NCBI GenBank assembly: GCA_963776345.1
Contig: CAVZMH010000012.1
Location: 64,001 to 128,000 of the forward strand
From: an uncultured delta proteobacterium
GTDB taxonomy: Bacteria; Myxococcota; Myxococcia; Myxococcales; Myxococcaceae
DNA: 64,000 bases
Direction: 5' to 3'
Both the position numbers and the translations under genes were made by a program. Of the stretch, positions 53,619 to 63,052 are shown in pieces. The notes under the pieces were generated by a model, which saw nothing but the letters and a program-made list of their open reading frames with translations, was not told the DNA's origin and searched no databases. Position 1 is the stretch's first letter, and every line of letters begins with the position of its first letter.

Positions 53619-54536
53619 TCAGCTGGACGGACGAGCCGACGGGCGGGCGAACAGCTCGGAGCGCGCGGTCTCGGTGATGGCGACCACGGCGGGGTGCCGC
53701 AGCTTCCGCTCGACGGTGAGAGCCCAGTAGCGCTCGCGCACCCCGTCCACCGTGCCCACTCGCTCGACCCCGTAGGCCGCGCGGACCTCGGACTCCACCG
53801 CCTCCGGCGCCGGGAAGACCCCGGCCCCGGCCTCGCCGAAGGACTCCATCAGCGCGCTGTCCTGGAACTCGCCGACCACGCGGGGGCGGATTCCCCGGGT
53901 ATCGAACCAGTGCGCCAGCGACCGCTGCAGTGCCGCGCCCTCCGCGGCGCCGAGCAGCGGGACGCCCTCCATCGACTTCGGGAACCCGGGCGCGAGCTTG
54001 CGGGCCAGCGCCGGACGGGCGAACAGCCCCACCCCGCACTCGCCGAGGAGGTGGCTGTAGGCCCGCACCGGCGACGGAGCCGGGGCGTCGGAGAGCACCA
54101 GGTCGAGGCTGTGGGCGGCGAGCTCCGCGACCAGCCTCTCCGGCCGGGCCTCCTGGACCACCAGCTGGACCGGCTCGTCGGACTCCAGGGCCGGGGCGAG
54201 CAGCCGGTGCGCCACGCGCTTCTCCAGCGAGTCGGAGACGCCGACCACCAGCCGCCGCGGGCGCGCCACCGGACGTCCGCGGAGCGTGTCCTGGAGCTCG
54301 CGGCCGAGGCTGAAGATCTCCTCGGCGTAGCGGAAGACGACCTGCCCCACGTCGGTCAGCACCAGCGAGCGGCCCTGGCGCTCGAGGAGCTTCTCGCCGA
54401 AGGCGTTCTCCAAGACCTTGATCTGCCCGCTGATCGTGGGCTGGGCGAGCCGGAGCACCTTGCTGGCCTTGGAGACGCCGCCCTCGCGGACCACGGTCCA
54501 GAAGTAGAAGAGGTGGTGATAATTGAGCCAGTCCAT
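53619..54536 (-). CDS. nhaR: NhaR-like LysR-type transcriptional activator
   Basis: LNYHHLFYFWTVVREG, QPTISGQIK.LE, LDLVLSD, GEFQDSALM..FG, ERKLRHPAV. Confidence 0.85.
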   Translation of the reverse strand: MDWLNYHHLFYFWTVVREGGVSKASKVLRLAQPTISGQIKVLENAFGEKLLERQGRSLVLTDVGQVVFRYAEEIFSLGRELQDTLRGRPVARPRRLVVGVSDSLEKRVAHRLLAPALESDEPVQLVVQEARPERLVAELAAHSLDLVLSDAPAPSPVRAYSHLLGECGVGLFARPALARKLAPGFPKSMEGVPLLGAAEGAALQRSLAHWFDTRGIRPRVVGEFQDSALMESFGEAGAGVFPAPEAVESEVRAAYGVERVGTVDGVRERYWALTVERKLRHPAVVAITETARSELFARPSARPSS

Positions 54537-54551
54537 GGCCGCCGGTCTCCT

Positions 54552-54591
54552 ATCGGGAAGAAGAATGGATTGCTGCGAGTTTATCGATTTG
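54552..54591 (+). promoter_or_regulatory. Putative LysR (NhaR-like) operator, copy 1, upstream of htpX
   Basis: ATCGGGAAGAAGAAT (T-N11-A) followed 14 nt later by TTATC-N3-TTG; same layout as 55790-55829. Confidence 0.6.
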
Positions 54592-54643
54592 CCGATGTGT
54601 TCGCTCCGTCTTAACGCTGGGGGGCACGGAGGTCACAACGACC

Positions 54644-55528
54644 ATGAACCAGCTCAAGACCGTTCTGCTCCTGGGCATCCTTTCGGCGATCCTGGTGGGC
54701 GTCGGCGGAGCGCTGGGACCCAACGCGCTCGGCCTCAGCATCGCGCTGGCGGTGGCGATGAACGTCGGCGCCTACTTCTTCAGCGACCGGATCGTCCTGG
54801 CGATGCACCGCGCCCAGGAGATCTCGCCGTCCGAGTCCCCGGAGCTCCACCGGATGGTGGAGGAGCTCTCGGCCCGGGCGGGCATCCCCAAGCCGCGGCT
54901 GTACCTCATCCCCGAGCTGCAGCCGAACGCCTTCGCCACCGGCCGGAACCCCGAGAACGCGGCGGTCGCCGTCACCTCGGGAACGCTACAGTTCTTGGAC
55001 CGGCGGGAGCTGCGGGGCGTGCTGGCGCACGAGCTGGGGCACGTGAAGAACCGCGACATCCTGGTCTCGAGCATCGCCGCCACGGTGGCCGCGGCCATCA
55101 CCTACGTGGCGCACGCGGTGGGCTTCTTCGGCGCCGCGAGCTCGGACGAGGACGGGCCCTCGCCGGTGCAGGCGCTGCTCCTGGCCCTGGTGGCGCCCGT
55201 CGCCGCGACGCTGATCCAGCTCGGCATCTCCCGCTCTCGCGAGTTCGGCGCGGACCGGACCGGCGCGGAGATCTCCGGCGACCCCGAGGCGCTCGCCCGG
55301 GCGCTGGAGAAGCTGGACCAGGCGGCGCACTCCGTCCCGGCCCCGATGCGGCCGGCCACGGCCAGCCTCTTCATCGTCAATCCCTTCTCGGCGACCGAGG
55401 GCGTCCTCAATCTCTTCTCGACCCACCCCCCGCCGCGAGAGCGCATCCGGCGCCTCCGCGCGATGCAGGTTCAGGCCGGCGGATGGCCGGTGGGAGCCCA
55501 TGAGGCGGCCCTCGACCCCGGCTGGTGA
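54644..55528 (+). CDS. htpX: Zinc metalloprotease HtpX (M48)
   Basis: YFFSDRIVL, QPNAFATGRNP, AHELGH, ISRSREFGAD, FSTHPP. Confidence 0.93.
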   Translation: MNQLKTVLLLGILSAILVGVGGALGPNALGLSIALAVAMNVGAYFFSDRIVLAMHRAQEISPSESPELHRMVEELSARAGIPKPRLYLIPELQPNAFATGRNPENAAVAVTSGTLQFLDRRELRGVLAHELGHVKNRDILVSSIAATVAAAITYVAHAVGFFGAASSDEDGPSPVQALLLALVAPVAATLIQLGISRSREFGADRTGAEISGDPEALARALEKLDQAAHSVPAPMRPATASLFIVNPFSATEGVLNLFSTHPPPRERIRRLRAMQVQAGGWPVGAHEAALDPGW

Positions 55529-55817
55529 CCACCCCCGCGCCCGTCTCCGGCGCCTGGGCAACCTGGTCGGGGGCTGGGCGCTGGTGGTGGTGGGCGCCAT
55601 CCTGATTCCCCTGCCCGGCCCCGGGTGGCTGGTGGTGGGCATCGGGCTCCTCGTGCTCGGCCGGGAGGTGCGGTGGGCGCGGGGAGCCCTCATCCGCCTG
55701 GAGCGCTTCATGCGCCGGCACGGGATGAGGACCTCGCTCCGCCGGCTCCTCGACCGCAGCCGCCGGGAGAGGATGCGGCATCCACATCCATCGGTTAAAC
55801 CGATAAATCCAGCCTGA
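55500..55817 (+). CDS. Small PGPGW-motif membrane protein
   Basis: GWALVVVGAILIPLPGPGWLVVGIGLLVLGREVRWA. Confidence 0.78.
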   Translation: MRRPSTPAGDHPRARLRRLGNLVGGWALVVVGAILIPLPGPGWLVVGIGLLVLGREVRWARGALIRLERFMRRHGMRTSLRRLLDRSRRERMRHPHPSVKPINPA

Positions 55818-55829
55818 ATTATCTGGTTG
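55790..55829 (+). promoter_or_regulatory. Putative LysR (NhaR-like) operator, copy 2, upstream of terC
   Basis: ATCGGTTAAACCGAT dyad (ATCGG-N5-CCGAT, T-N11-A) followed 14 nt later by TTATC-N3-TTG; AT-rich patch. Confidence 0.6.
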
Positions 55830-55911
55830 TACGAAGGCTCTCGCCGCCGCACATCCAGTGCCTGAGCGGCCCCCGAGCAGCTGCCCCGGGCCGCCCCGAG
55901 GAGCCCGTCCG

Positions 55912-56871
55912 ATGCTGTCCGTCGTCTCGCTGGGAAGCTGGCCCTTGTGGGTGGGCTTCCTGACCTTCGTGGGGATGATGCTCGCCCTCGACCTGGGCGT
56001 GTTCCACCGGAAGGCCCACGCGGTGTCCTTGCGCGAGGCGGCGGTGTGGAGCTCGGTGTGGATCGCGCTGGCCAGCGTGTTCGCCCTGGGGGTCTTCCAC
56101 TTCTACGGCGCGCAGCGAGGGCTGGAGTTCACCACCGGCTACCTGATCGAGAAGGCGCTCAGCGTCGACAACATCTTCGTCATGGTCATCGTCTTCGGGG
56201 CCTTCGGCGTCCCGGCACACCAGCAGCACCGGGTGCTGTTCTGGGGCATCCTCGGCGCGCTGGCGATGCGGGCGGTGTTCATCCTGGCCGGGACGGCGCT
56301 GATCGCACGCTTCCATTGGACCGTCTACGTCTTCGGCCTGTTCCTGGTGCTCACCGGGGTGAAGATGCTCCTCGCGCGGGGGGAGGAGGGGCACCCGGAG
56401 AACAACGTGCTGGTCCGTCTGGCTCGGAAGGTGCTACCGGTCGCCCCCGGTCAGGACACCGAGCACTTCTTCACCCGGATCGACGGAAGACGGATGGTCA
56501 CCCCGCTGTTCCTGGCGCTGCTGGCGGTGGAGTTCACCGACCTCATCTTCGCCGTGGATTCGATCCCCGCCGTCCTGGCGGTGAGCCGGGACCCGTTCAT
56601 CGTCTTCACCTCGAACATCTTTGCCATCCTGGGACTAAGGTCCCTCTACTTCCTCCTGGCTGGCGTGGTGCAGAAGTTCCGTTATTTGAAGGTGGGGCTG
56701 GCCCTGGTGCTGGTCTTCGTCGGGGTGAAGATGACCATCGTGGACGTCTTCAAGATCCCCGTGGGCGTGTCGCTGGCGGTGGTGGCACTGCTGATTGCCG
56801 GGGCGATCCTCTCGTCCCTGCTGGTGGACGGGCGGCGGAGGGCGTTGGAGGAAAGGACGGCAGCCTCGTGA
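55912..56871 (+). CDS. TerC/Alx family membrane protein
   Basis: LALDLGVFH, GYLIEKALSVDNIFV, QHRVLFWGILGA, EFTDLIFAVDSIPA, FTSNIFAILGLRSLYF. Confidence 0.93.
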   Translation: MLSVVSLGSWPLWVGFLTFVGMMLALDLGVFHRKAHAVSLREAAVWSSVWIALASVFALGVFHFYGAQRGLEFTTGYLIEKALSVDNIFVMVIVFGAFGVPAHQQHRVLFWGILGALAMRAVFILAGTALIARFHWTVYVFGLFLVLTGVKMLLARGEEGHPENNVLVRLARKVLPVAPGQDTEHFFTRIDGRRMVTPLFLALLAVEFTDLIFAVDSIPAVLAVSRDPFIVFTSNIFAILGLRSLYFLLAGVVQKFRYLKVGLALVLVFVGVKMTIVDVFKIPVGVSLAVVALLIAGAILSSLLVDGRRRALEERTAAS

Positions 56872-58718
56872 ACAAGACGCGGTTCAACATCGCCTACGTG
56901 GTGGTCGCAGTGATGGCGGTGCTCTTCATCCAGGACTGGGTGCGGACCAGCCAGGCCGTGGCGGTCATCCCCTACAGCCAGTTCCAGAAGCTGCTCGACG
57001 AGAAGAAGGTCACCGAGGTCACCGTCGGGGAGGACCGCATCCGCGGCACGCTGAAGGAGCCCATCGAGGGCGGGAAGACGCACTTCTCCACCTTCAAGGT
57101 GGACAAGGACATCGCGGCCGCCCTGGACAAGGCGGGCGTCAAGTTCGCCGGCCAGGAGGAGAACACCTGGTTCACCGCGCTGCTCGGGCTGGTCGCGCCC
57201 ACGCTGATCTTCTTCGCCATCTGGGCGGTGCTGATGCGGCGCATGGCCAAAGGGATGGGCGGGGGAGGCGGGGGCCTGCTGGCCATCGGGAAGAGCAAGG
57301 CCAAGGTCTTCGTCGAGACCGACATCAAGACCCGCTTCTCGGACGTCGCCGGCGTGGACGAGGCCAAGGCCGAGCTGGCCGAGGTGGTGGAGTTCCTCAA
57401 GAGCCCGGAGGAGCACTCGAGGCTGGGCGGCCGGATGCCCAAGGGCGTGCTGCTGGTGGGCCCTCCTGGCACCGGGAAGACGCTGCTCGCCCGCGCAGTG
57501 GCCGGCGAGGCGGCCGTGCCGTTCTTCTCCATCAGCGGCAGCGAGTTCGTGGAGATGTTCGTCGGGGTGGGGGCGGCGCGGGTGCGCGACCTGTTCGAGC
57601 AGGCCCGCGGGAAGGCGCCGTGCATCATCTTCATCGACGAGCTGGACGCGCTGGGGCGCGCCCGCGCGGCCTCGGGCCTGGTGGGCGGGCACGACGAGAA
57701 GGAGCAGACCTTGAACCAGCTCCTGGTCGAGCTGGACGGGTTCGACCAGAGCGCAGGCATCGTGCTGATCGGCGCGACCAACCGGCCGGAGATCCTCGAC
57801 CCGGCGCTGCTCCGCGCCGGCCGCTTCGACCGCCAGGTGCTGCTGGACCGGCCTGACCGGGTGGGCCGGGTGGCCATCCTCAAGGTCCACATGGCGAAGG
57901 TGAAGGTGGCGACCACCGTGGACGCCGACCAGATCGCCGCCCTGACCCCGGGCTTCACCGGGGCGGACCTGGCGAACCTGGTCAACGAGGCCGCGCTCTC
58001 GGCCACCCGGCGCAAGGCCGAGGCGGTGGAGCGACAGGACTTCGACTCGGCGATCGAGCGGATCATCGCCGGCCTGGAGAAGAAGAACCGGCTCCTGAAC
58101 CCGCGCGAGCGGGAGATCGTCGCCTTCCACGAGATGGGGCACGCCCTGGCCGCCGCGGCGACGACCGGCGTGGACCCGGTGCACAAGGTGAGCATCATCC
58201 CCCGTGGCATCGGCGCGCTGGGCTACACGCTCCAGCGGCCCATCGAGGACCGCTACCTCATGACCCGGGAGGAGCTGGAGGGAAAGCTGGTGGTGCTGCT
58301 CGGCGGACGCACTGCGGAGGGCCTGGTCTTCGAGCACACCTCGACCGGCGCGGCGGACGACCTGTCCAAGGCCACCGACATCGCCCGGAGCATGGCGACC
58401 CGGTACGCGATGGTGCCGGCGCTGGGCCCGGTGACCTACGACGAGGAGAATCATAGCTACCTGGGGCTGCCGACGATGAGCCGGCGGACGTTCAGCGAGG
58501 AGACCGCGCGGGAGATCGACCTGGCGGTGCGGGAGATCGTCCAGAACGCCTCGGAGCGGTGCCGCACGCTGCTCGCCCAGCGCCGGCAGACGCTGGAGAA
58601 GGCCGCGCGGCTCCTGCTGGAGAAGGAGACGCTGATCGACGTGGAGCTGAAGCCGCTGTTCGACGAGGCGCGGGCCGAGGCGGCGCAGGCGGTGCCACGG
58701 GTCGTCTCGCGGTCCTGA
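56868..58718 (+). CDS. ftsH: ATP-dependent zinc metalloprotease FtsH
   Basis: GTG overlaps the terC stop; two TM helices; [39 protein letters not shown]. Confidence 0.95.
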   Translation: MNKTRFNIAYVVVAVMAVLFIQDWVRTSQAVAVIPYSQFQKLLDEKKVTEVTVGEDRIRGTLKEPIEGGKTHFSTFKVDKDIAAALDKAGVKFAGQEENTWFTALLGLVAPTLIFFAIWAVLMRRMAKGMGGGGGGLLAIGKSKAKVFVETDIKTRFSDVAGVDEAKAELAEVVEFLKSPEEHSRLGGRMPKGVLLVGPPGTGKTLLARAVAGEAAVPFFSISGSEFVEMFVGVGAARVRDLFEQARGKAPCIIFIDELDALGRARAASGLVGGHDEKEQTLNQLLVELDGFDQSAGIVLIGATNRPEILDPALLRAGRFDRQVLLDRPDRVGRVAILKVHMAKVKVATTVDADQIAALTPGFTGADLANLVNEAALSATRRKAEAVERQDFDSAIERIIAGLEKKNRLLNPREREIVAFHEMGHALAAAATTGVDPVHKVSIIPRGIGALGYTLQRPIEDRYLMTREELEGKLVVLLGGRTAEGLVFEHTSTGAADDLSKATDIARSMATRYAMVPALGPVTYDEENHSYLGLPTMSRRTFSEETAREIDLAVREIVQNASERCRTLLAQRRQTLEKAARLLLEKETLIDVELKPLFDEARAEAAQAVPRVVSRS

Positions 58719-58767
58719 GCGTCCGGGGCTGGTCGAGTCGGACGCCGGCGGGCGGAGGTGACACGGG

Positions 58768-59214
58768 ATGGGTGAGCTGGCGAGTCAGGAGCCGCGGGCC
58801 GTGGTGGTGGTCGGACCGACCACGGGCTTCCGGACCGAGGTCGACGTCGGCGGTCACCACCTGGTGGTCGACGAGCCGACCGCAGTGGGCGGGACCGACG
58901 CCGGTCCCTCTCCCTACGAGATGCTCCTCGCCGGGCTCGGGGCGTGCACGGCGATGACGCTCCGGCTCTACGCCGACCGGCGTGGGTGGCCGCTGGAGCG
59001 AGTGCGGGTGAGCCTGCAGCACCGGAAGGTGCACGCGCAGGATTGCGTCGACTGCGAGAAGAAGACGGCGAAGATGGACGTGGTGGACCGGGTGGTGTTC
59101 CTGGACGGCGCGCTGGACGACACCCAGCGGGCGAAGCTCCTGGAGATCGCCGAGCGCTGTCCGGTGCAACAGACCCTGCAGAGCAAGATCCAGGTGAACA
59201 CCCGGGTGGGGTAG
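58768..59214 (+). CDS. OsmC/Ohr-like family protein (YhfA type)
   Basis: DEP..VGG.DAGPSPYEMLLAGLGACT, ERCPV; extra CVDC; RBS GGAGGTG. Confidence 0.9.
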   Translation: MGELASQEPRAVVVVGPTTGFRTEVDVGGHHLVVDEPTAVGGTDAGPSPYEMLLAGLGACTAMTLRLYADRRGWPLERVRVSLQHRKVHAQDCVDCEKKTAKMDVVDRVVFLDGALDDTQRAKLLEIAERCPVQQTLQSKIQVNTRVG

Positions 59215-59270
59215 CTCCGGACCGGAGGGCTGCCGTTGCGCCCGAGTCCCTCGCTCCGACGGATGACCGC

Positions 59271-59486
59271 CTAGAAGTGCGGCGGCCGCTCGGGGATGGT
59301 CGCGTCCACCAGCCCGGGCTCGATGGCGGCGACCTTCTGCCCCATGGCGCCCAGCTCGTGCTCCAGCCGTTCCAGGGCCCGCCCCTGGGCGTAGACCACG
59401 TCACTCAGCTCCTGGAGCAGCCGCTGCTGCTCGGTGAACCGCAGCTCGAGCTCGACGATGCGCTCCTCCTTGACCGTCCCCTTCAT
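59271..59486 (-). CDS. slyX: SlyX family protein
   Basis: EERIVELELRFTEQQRLLQELSDVV.AQ...ERPPHF. Confidence 0.85.
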   Translation of the reverse strand: MKGTVKEERIVELELRFTEQQRLLQELSDVVYAQGRALERLEHELGAMGQKVAAIEPGLVDATIPERPPHF

Positions 59487-59499
59487 GACCGTCCCCTTC
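59471..59499. repeat. 14-bp direct repeat (15-nt period) spanning the slyX start
   Basis: TGACCGTCCCCTTC at 59471-59484 and 59486-59499. Confidence 0.8.
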
Positions 59500-59578
59500 C
59501 TGGACGGGCGCCCCGTCGATTCGGGACGCCCCCCGCGCAGGTCCATCGCTCCAGCCGATGGACGATCCAGCTGCTTTC

Positions 59579-59615
59579 ACTCTCACGTCGACGCGGGGAG
59601 GTGTCAAACACCTCC
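59579..59615 (-). promoter_or_regulatory. Candidate slyX promoter with a palindrome over the -35
   Basis: Minus strand TTGACA-N17-GAGAGT; the -35 lies inside the dyad GGAGGTGT-CAA-ACACCTCC. Confidence 0.5.
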
Positions 59616-59671
59616 GATGGGGTGAAGGCGTAGGACCTGGGTCCAACTCGACGAGTAACCCCCCGCGTCCG

Positions 59672-60697
59672 TCACGCCAGCTCGAACCGCAGCTCGCCGA
59701 GCTTCTCGACGCTGCACTGGATCCGGTCGCCCGCCTTCAGCCAGACCTGCTGCGCCTCGGGCTTGCCGACGATGACGCCCTCGGGCGTGCCGGTGGAGAT
59801 GAGATCCCCGGGGACAAGCGTGAACAGCGACGAGGCGTAGGCGATGATCTGCGCGCAGGTGAAGATCATGTCGCTGGTGTTCGAGGACTGGCGCTGCTCG
59901 CCGTTCACCCGGGTCTCGAGCTTGAGGCTCTGCGGATCCCCCACCAGATCCGCGCCCACCAGCCAGGGCCCGATGGGCATGAAGCCGTCCGAGGTCTTGC
60001 CGATCATGAACTGCGTGGCCTTGCCGTCGCGGAACTGGAGGTCGCGGGCGGAGAAGTCGTTCCCGGTGGCGTAGCCGAACACGTGGCCGAGCGCGTCGGC
60101 CTCGGAGACGTCCTTGGCGGTCTTGCCGATGATGACCTGGAGCTCCACCTCGTAGTCGAACTTCTTCGCCACCTTGGTGGGCAGGTGGATGACGCCCTCG
60201 TGACCGCAGAGCGCGTTGTTGTACTTGTTGAAGAGCACCGGGGCCTTGGGGATCGGCGTGCCGGTCTCCTGGGCGTGCCGCCGGTAGTTGAAGCCCAGCA
60301 TGATGATCTTCTGCGGCCGGGTGATGCACGGCCCGAAGCGCGCCTCCTCGATGGGAACCAGCGCCGTCTTGACCGCCGATGCGGACGCGGCGAGCACCTT
60401 CTGCAGCCCCGCCGCATTCTTGCCCTCGATCACCTCGTCGGTGCTCGTGGGAACCGCGACCCGGAGCGCCTTGCCGGCCTTCGCCACGTCGAGGATCTTG
60501 TTCTCGCGCCGGATTCCCAGGGTGTCCCCCTGCTGGGTCCGGAGGGTGCAGTAAGCCAGCGAGCGGATCGCCGGGGTGGCCGTTCCCGGGCTCGACGGCG
60601 TCGGGGCACCCGCGCCCCGGGCGGCGGACTGGAAGATCACCGAGCCTGCGGCGGCGACCCCGGCGTTCCTCAGCAAGGTCCTGCGGGTGGTTTCCAT
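59672..60697 (-). CDS. Fumarylacetoacetate hydrolase family protein with twin-arginine signal peptide
   Basis: METTRRTLLRNAGVAAAGSVIFQSAARG; KIIMLGFNY, DYEVEL, NDFSARDLQ, GK, PGDLISTGTPEG; RBS GAGGAG. Confidence 0.88.
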   Translation of the reverse strand: METTRRTLLRNAGVAAAGSVIFQSAARGAGAPTPSSPGTATPAIRSLAYCTLRTQQGDTLGIRRENKILDVAKAGKALRVAVPTSTDEVIEGKNAAGLQKVLAASASAVKTALVPIEEARFGPCITRPQKIIMLGFNYRRHAQETGTPIPKAPVLFNKYNNALCGHEGVIHLPTKVAKKFDYEVELQVIIGKTAKDVSEADALGHVFGYATGNDFSARDLQFRDGKATQFMIGKTSDGFMPIGPWLVGADLVGDPQSLKLETRVNGEQRQSSNTSDMIFTCAQIIAYASSLFTLVPGDLISTGTPEGVIVGKPEAQQVWLKAGDRIQCSVEKLGELRFELA

Positions 60698-60835
60698 GGG
60701 AACTCCTCCTCGGAGGGAGCGAGAGGTTGCATGCGGCGGGGCGGGAGCGCCAGCGCCACGAGCCTGACGCCGCGCGCCAGTTGCCACTGGACGGCGGTGG
60801 CCGGCCCCCGTCCAACCGTGTAGAGAGCACGCACC

Positions 60836-62027
60836 GTGGACGCCAACTTCCTCACCGACCTGGCCGCCCGGACGCGCGAGCTCCGTGAGCAGGGCCTCTA
60901 CAAGAACGAGCGGATCCTCGTCTCTCCCCAGAACGCGTCCATCCGCGTGGAGGGGGGTGCGCGAGGTCCTCAACTTCTGCGCCAACAACTACCTCGGCCT
61001 CGCCGACCACCCGAAGGTGGTGGAGACGGCCCGCAGCGCGCTGGAGAAGTACGGCTTCGGCATGGCCTCGGTGCGCTTCATCTGCGGCACCCAGGACCTC
61101 CACAAGACCCTCGAGGCACGGCTGAGCCGCTTCCTCGGGACCGAGGACACCATCCTCTACTCGAGCTGCTTCGACGCCAACGGCGGCCTGTTCGAGACGC
61201 TGCTCGGCGAGGAGGACGCGGTCATCACCGACGCGCTGAACCACGCCTCGATCATCGACGGCATCCGGCTGTGCAAGGCGAAGCGGCTCCGGTACGCGAA
61301 CAACGACATGGGCGAGCTGGAGGCCCGGCTCAAGGAGGCCTCGAGCGCCCGGTACCGGCTCATCGCCACCGACGGCGTGTTCTCGATGGACGGGATCATC
61401 GCCAATCTCCGGGCCATCTGCGACCTGGCGGACCGGCATCGCGCGCTGGTGATGGTGGACGACTCGCACGCGGTCGGCTTCGTGGGCGCCCGGGGCCGCG
61501 GGACGCCCGAGTTCTGCGAGGTGATGGGCCGGGTGGACATCATCACCGGCACGCTGGGTAAGGCGCTGGGTGGCGCGTCGGGCGGCTACACCGCGGCGCG
61601 GAAAGAAGTCGTCGCCTGGCTGCGGCAGCGGAGCCGGCCGTACCTGTTCTCCAACTCGCTGATGCCGGCCATCTGCGCGGCCACGCTCACCGTCCTCGAC
61701 CTGCTCGAGGGCGGCGACGAGCTGAGGAAGCAGCTCCGGGCCAACGCCGAACACTTCCGGAGCGAGATGACCAGGCTGGGCTTCAAGCTGGCCGGCGCGA
61801 ACCACCCCATCATCCCGGTGATGCTCGGGGACGCGAAGCTCGCCTCGACCTTCGCCGAGCAGATGCTGGCCGAGGGCGTGTACGTCGTCGGCTTCAGCTA
61901 CCCGGTGGTGCCGCAGGGCCAGGCGCGGATCCGGACGCAGATGTCCGCGGCGCACACCCGCGAGCAGCTCGACCGGGCGATCGCCGCCTTCGCCAAGGTG
62001 GGCCGCGCCCTGGGGGTGATCCGGTGA
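60836..62027 (+). CDS. kbl: 2-amino-3-ketobutyrate CoA ligase (glycine C-acetyltransferase), frameshifted in a G6 run near 60955
   Basis: [13 protein letters not shown] in one frame; [50 protein letters not shown] in the next. Confidence 0.93.
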
Positions 62028-63052
62028 GAGCGCTGGTGAAGGCCAAGGCCGAGCCCGGCATCTGGATGCAGGACGTGCCGGTGCCGGAGATCGGCCCGAA
62101 CGACGTGCTGATCAAGGTCCGCAAGGCGAGCATCTGCGGCACGGACATCCACATCTGGAACTGGGACCCGTGGTCGCAGAAGACCATCAAGGTCCCGATG
62201 GTCATCGGCCACGAGTTCATGGGCGAGGTGGCGAAGCTCGGGGCCGAGGTCACCGGGTTCCAGGTGGGGGACCGGGTGAGCGGCGAGGGGCACATCACCT
62301 GTGGCCACTGCCGGAACTGCCGCGCCGGCAAGCGGCACCTCTGCCGCAACACGCTGGGGCTGGGCGTGAACCGGCCGGGCTGCTTCGCCGAGTACCTGTC
62401 GCTGCCGGCGTTCAACGTCTTCCGGGTGCCCAAGGAGATCCCCGACGAGATCGCGTCGTTCTTCGATCCGCTGGGGAACGCGGTGCACACCGCGCTGTCG
62501 TTCGACCTGGTGGGCGAGGACGTGCTGATCACCGGCGCCGGGCCCATCGGGGTGATGGCGGCGGCAATCTCCCGGCACGTCGGCGCGCGGCACGTGGTGG
62601 TGACCGACGTGAACCCCTTCCGGCTGGAGCTGGCGCAGAAGATGGGCGCCACCCGCGCGGTGGACGTGCGGACCCAGACGCTCGGCGACGTGATGCGCGG
62701 GCTGGGGATGACCGAGGGCTTCGACGTCGGGATGGAGATGTCGGGGAACGGCCAGGCCTTCCGCGATCTCCTGGGGGTGATGAACCACGGCGGCCGGGTG
62801 GCGATCCTCGGCATTCCTCCCTCGGAGGTCTCGATCGACTGGAACCAGGTCATCTTCAAGGGCCTGATGCTGAAGGGCGTGTACGGCCGGGAGATGTTCG
62901 AGACCTGGTACAAGATGGTGGCGATGCTCCAGAGCGGCCTGGACGTCGCTCCGGTGGTGACTCACCGCTTTCCCGCGGTCCGGTACGCCGAGGCATTCGA
63001 GGCGATGCGCTCGGGCCAGAGCGGCAAGGTCGTCCTCGACTGGGCCGGTTGA
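62024..63052 (+). CDS. tdh: L-threonine 3-dehydrogenase
   Basis: [24 protein letters not shown]...[29 protein letters not shown]. Confidence 0.96.
   Translation: MRALVKAKAEPGIWMQDVPVPEIGPNDVLIKVRKASICGTDIHIWNWDPWSQKTIKVPMVIGHEFMGEVAKLGAEVTGFQVGDRVSGEGHITCGHCRNCRAGKRHLCRNTLGLGVNRPGCFAEYLSLPAFNVFRVPKEIPDEIASFFDPLGNAVHTALSFDLVGEDVLITGAGPIGVMAAAISRHVGARHVVVTDVNPFRLELAQKMGATRAVDVRTQTLGDVMRGLGMTEGFDVGMEMSGNGQAFRDLLGVMNHGGRVAILGIPPSEVSIDWNQVIFKGLMLKGVYGREMFETWYKMVAMLQSGLDVAPVVTHRFPAVRYAEAFEAMRSGQSGKVVLDWAG

Noticed and set aside
55830..55911. yybP-ykoY Mn riboswitch upstream of terC/alx
   Set aside because: Expected from family context, but I cannot see the conserved core and the space is short; an Rfam scan would settle it.
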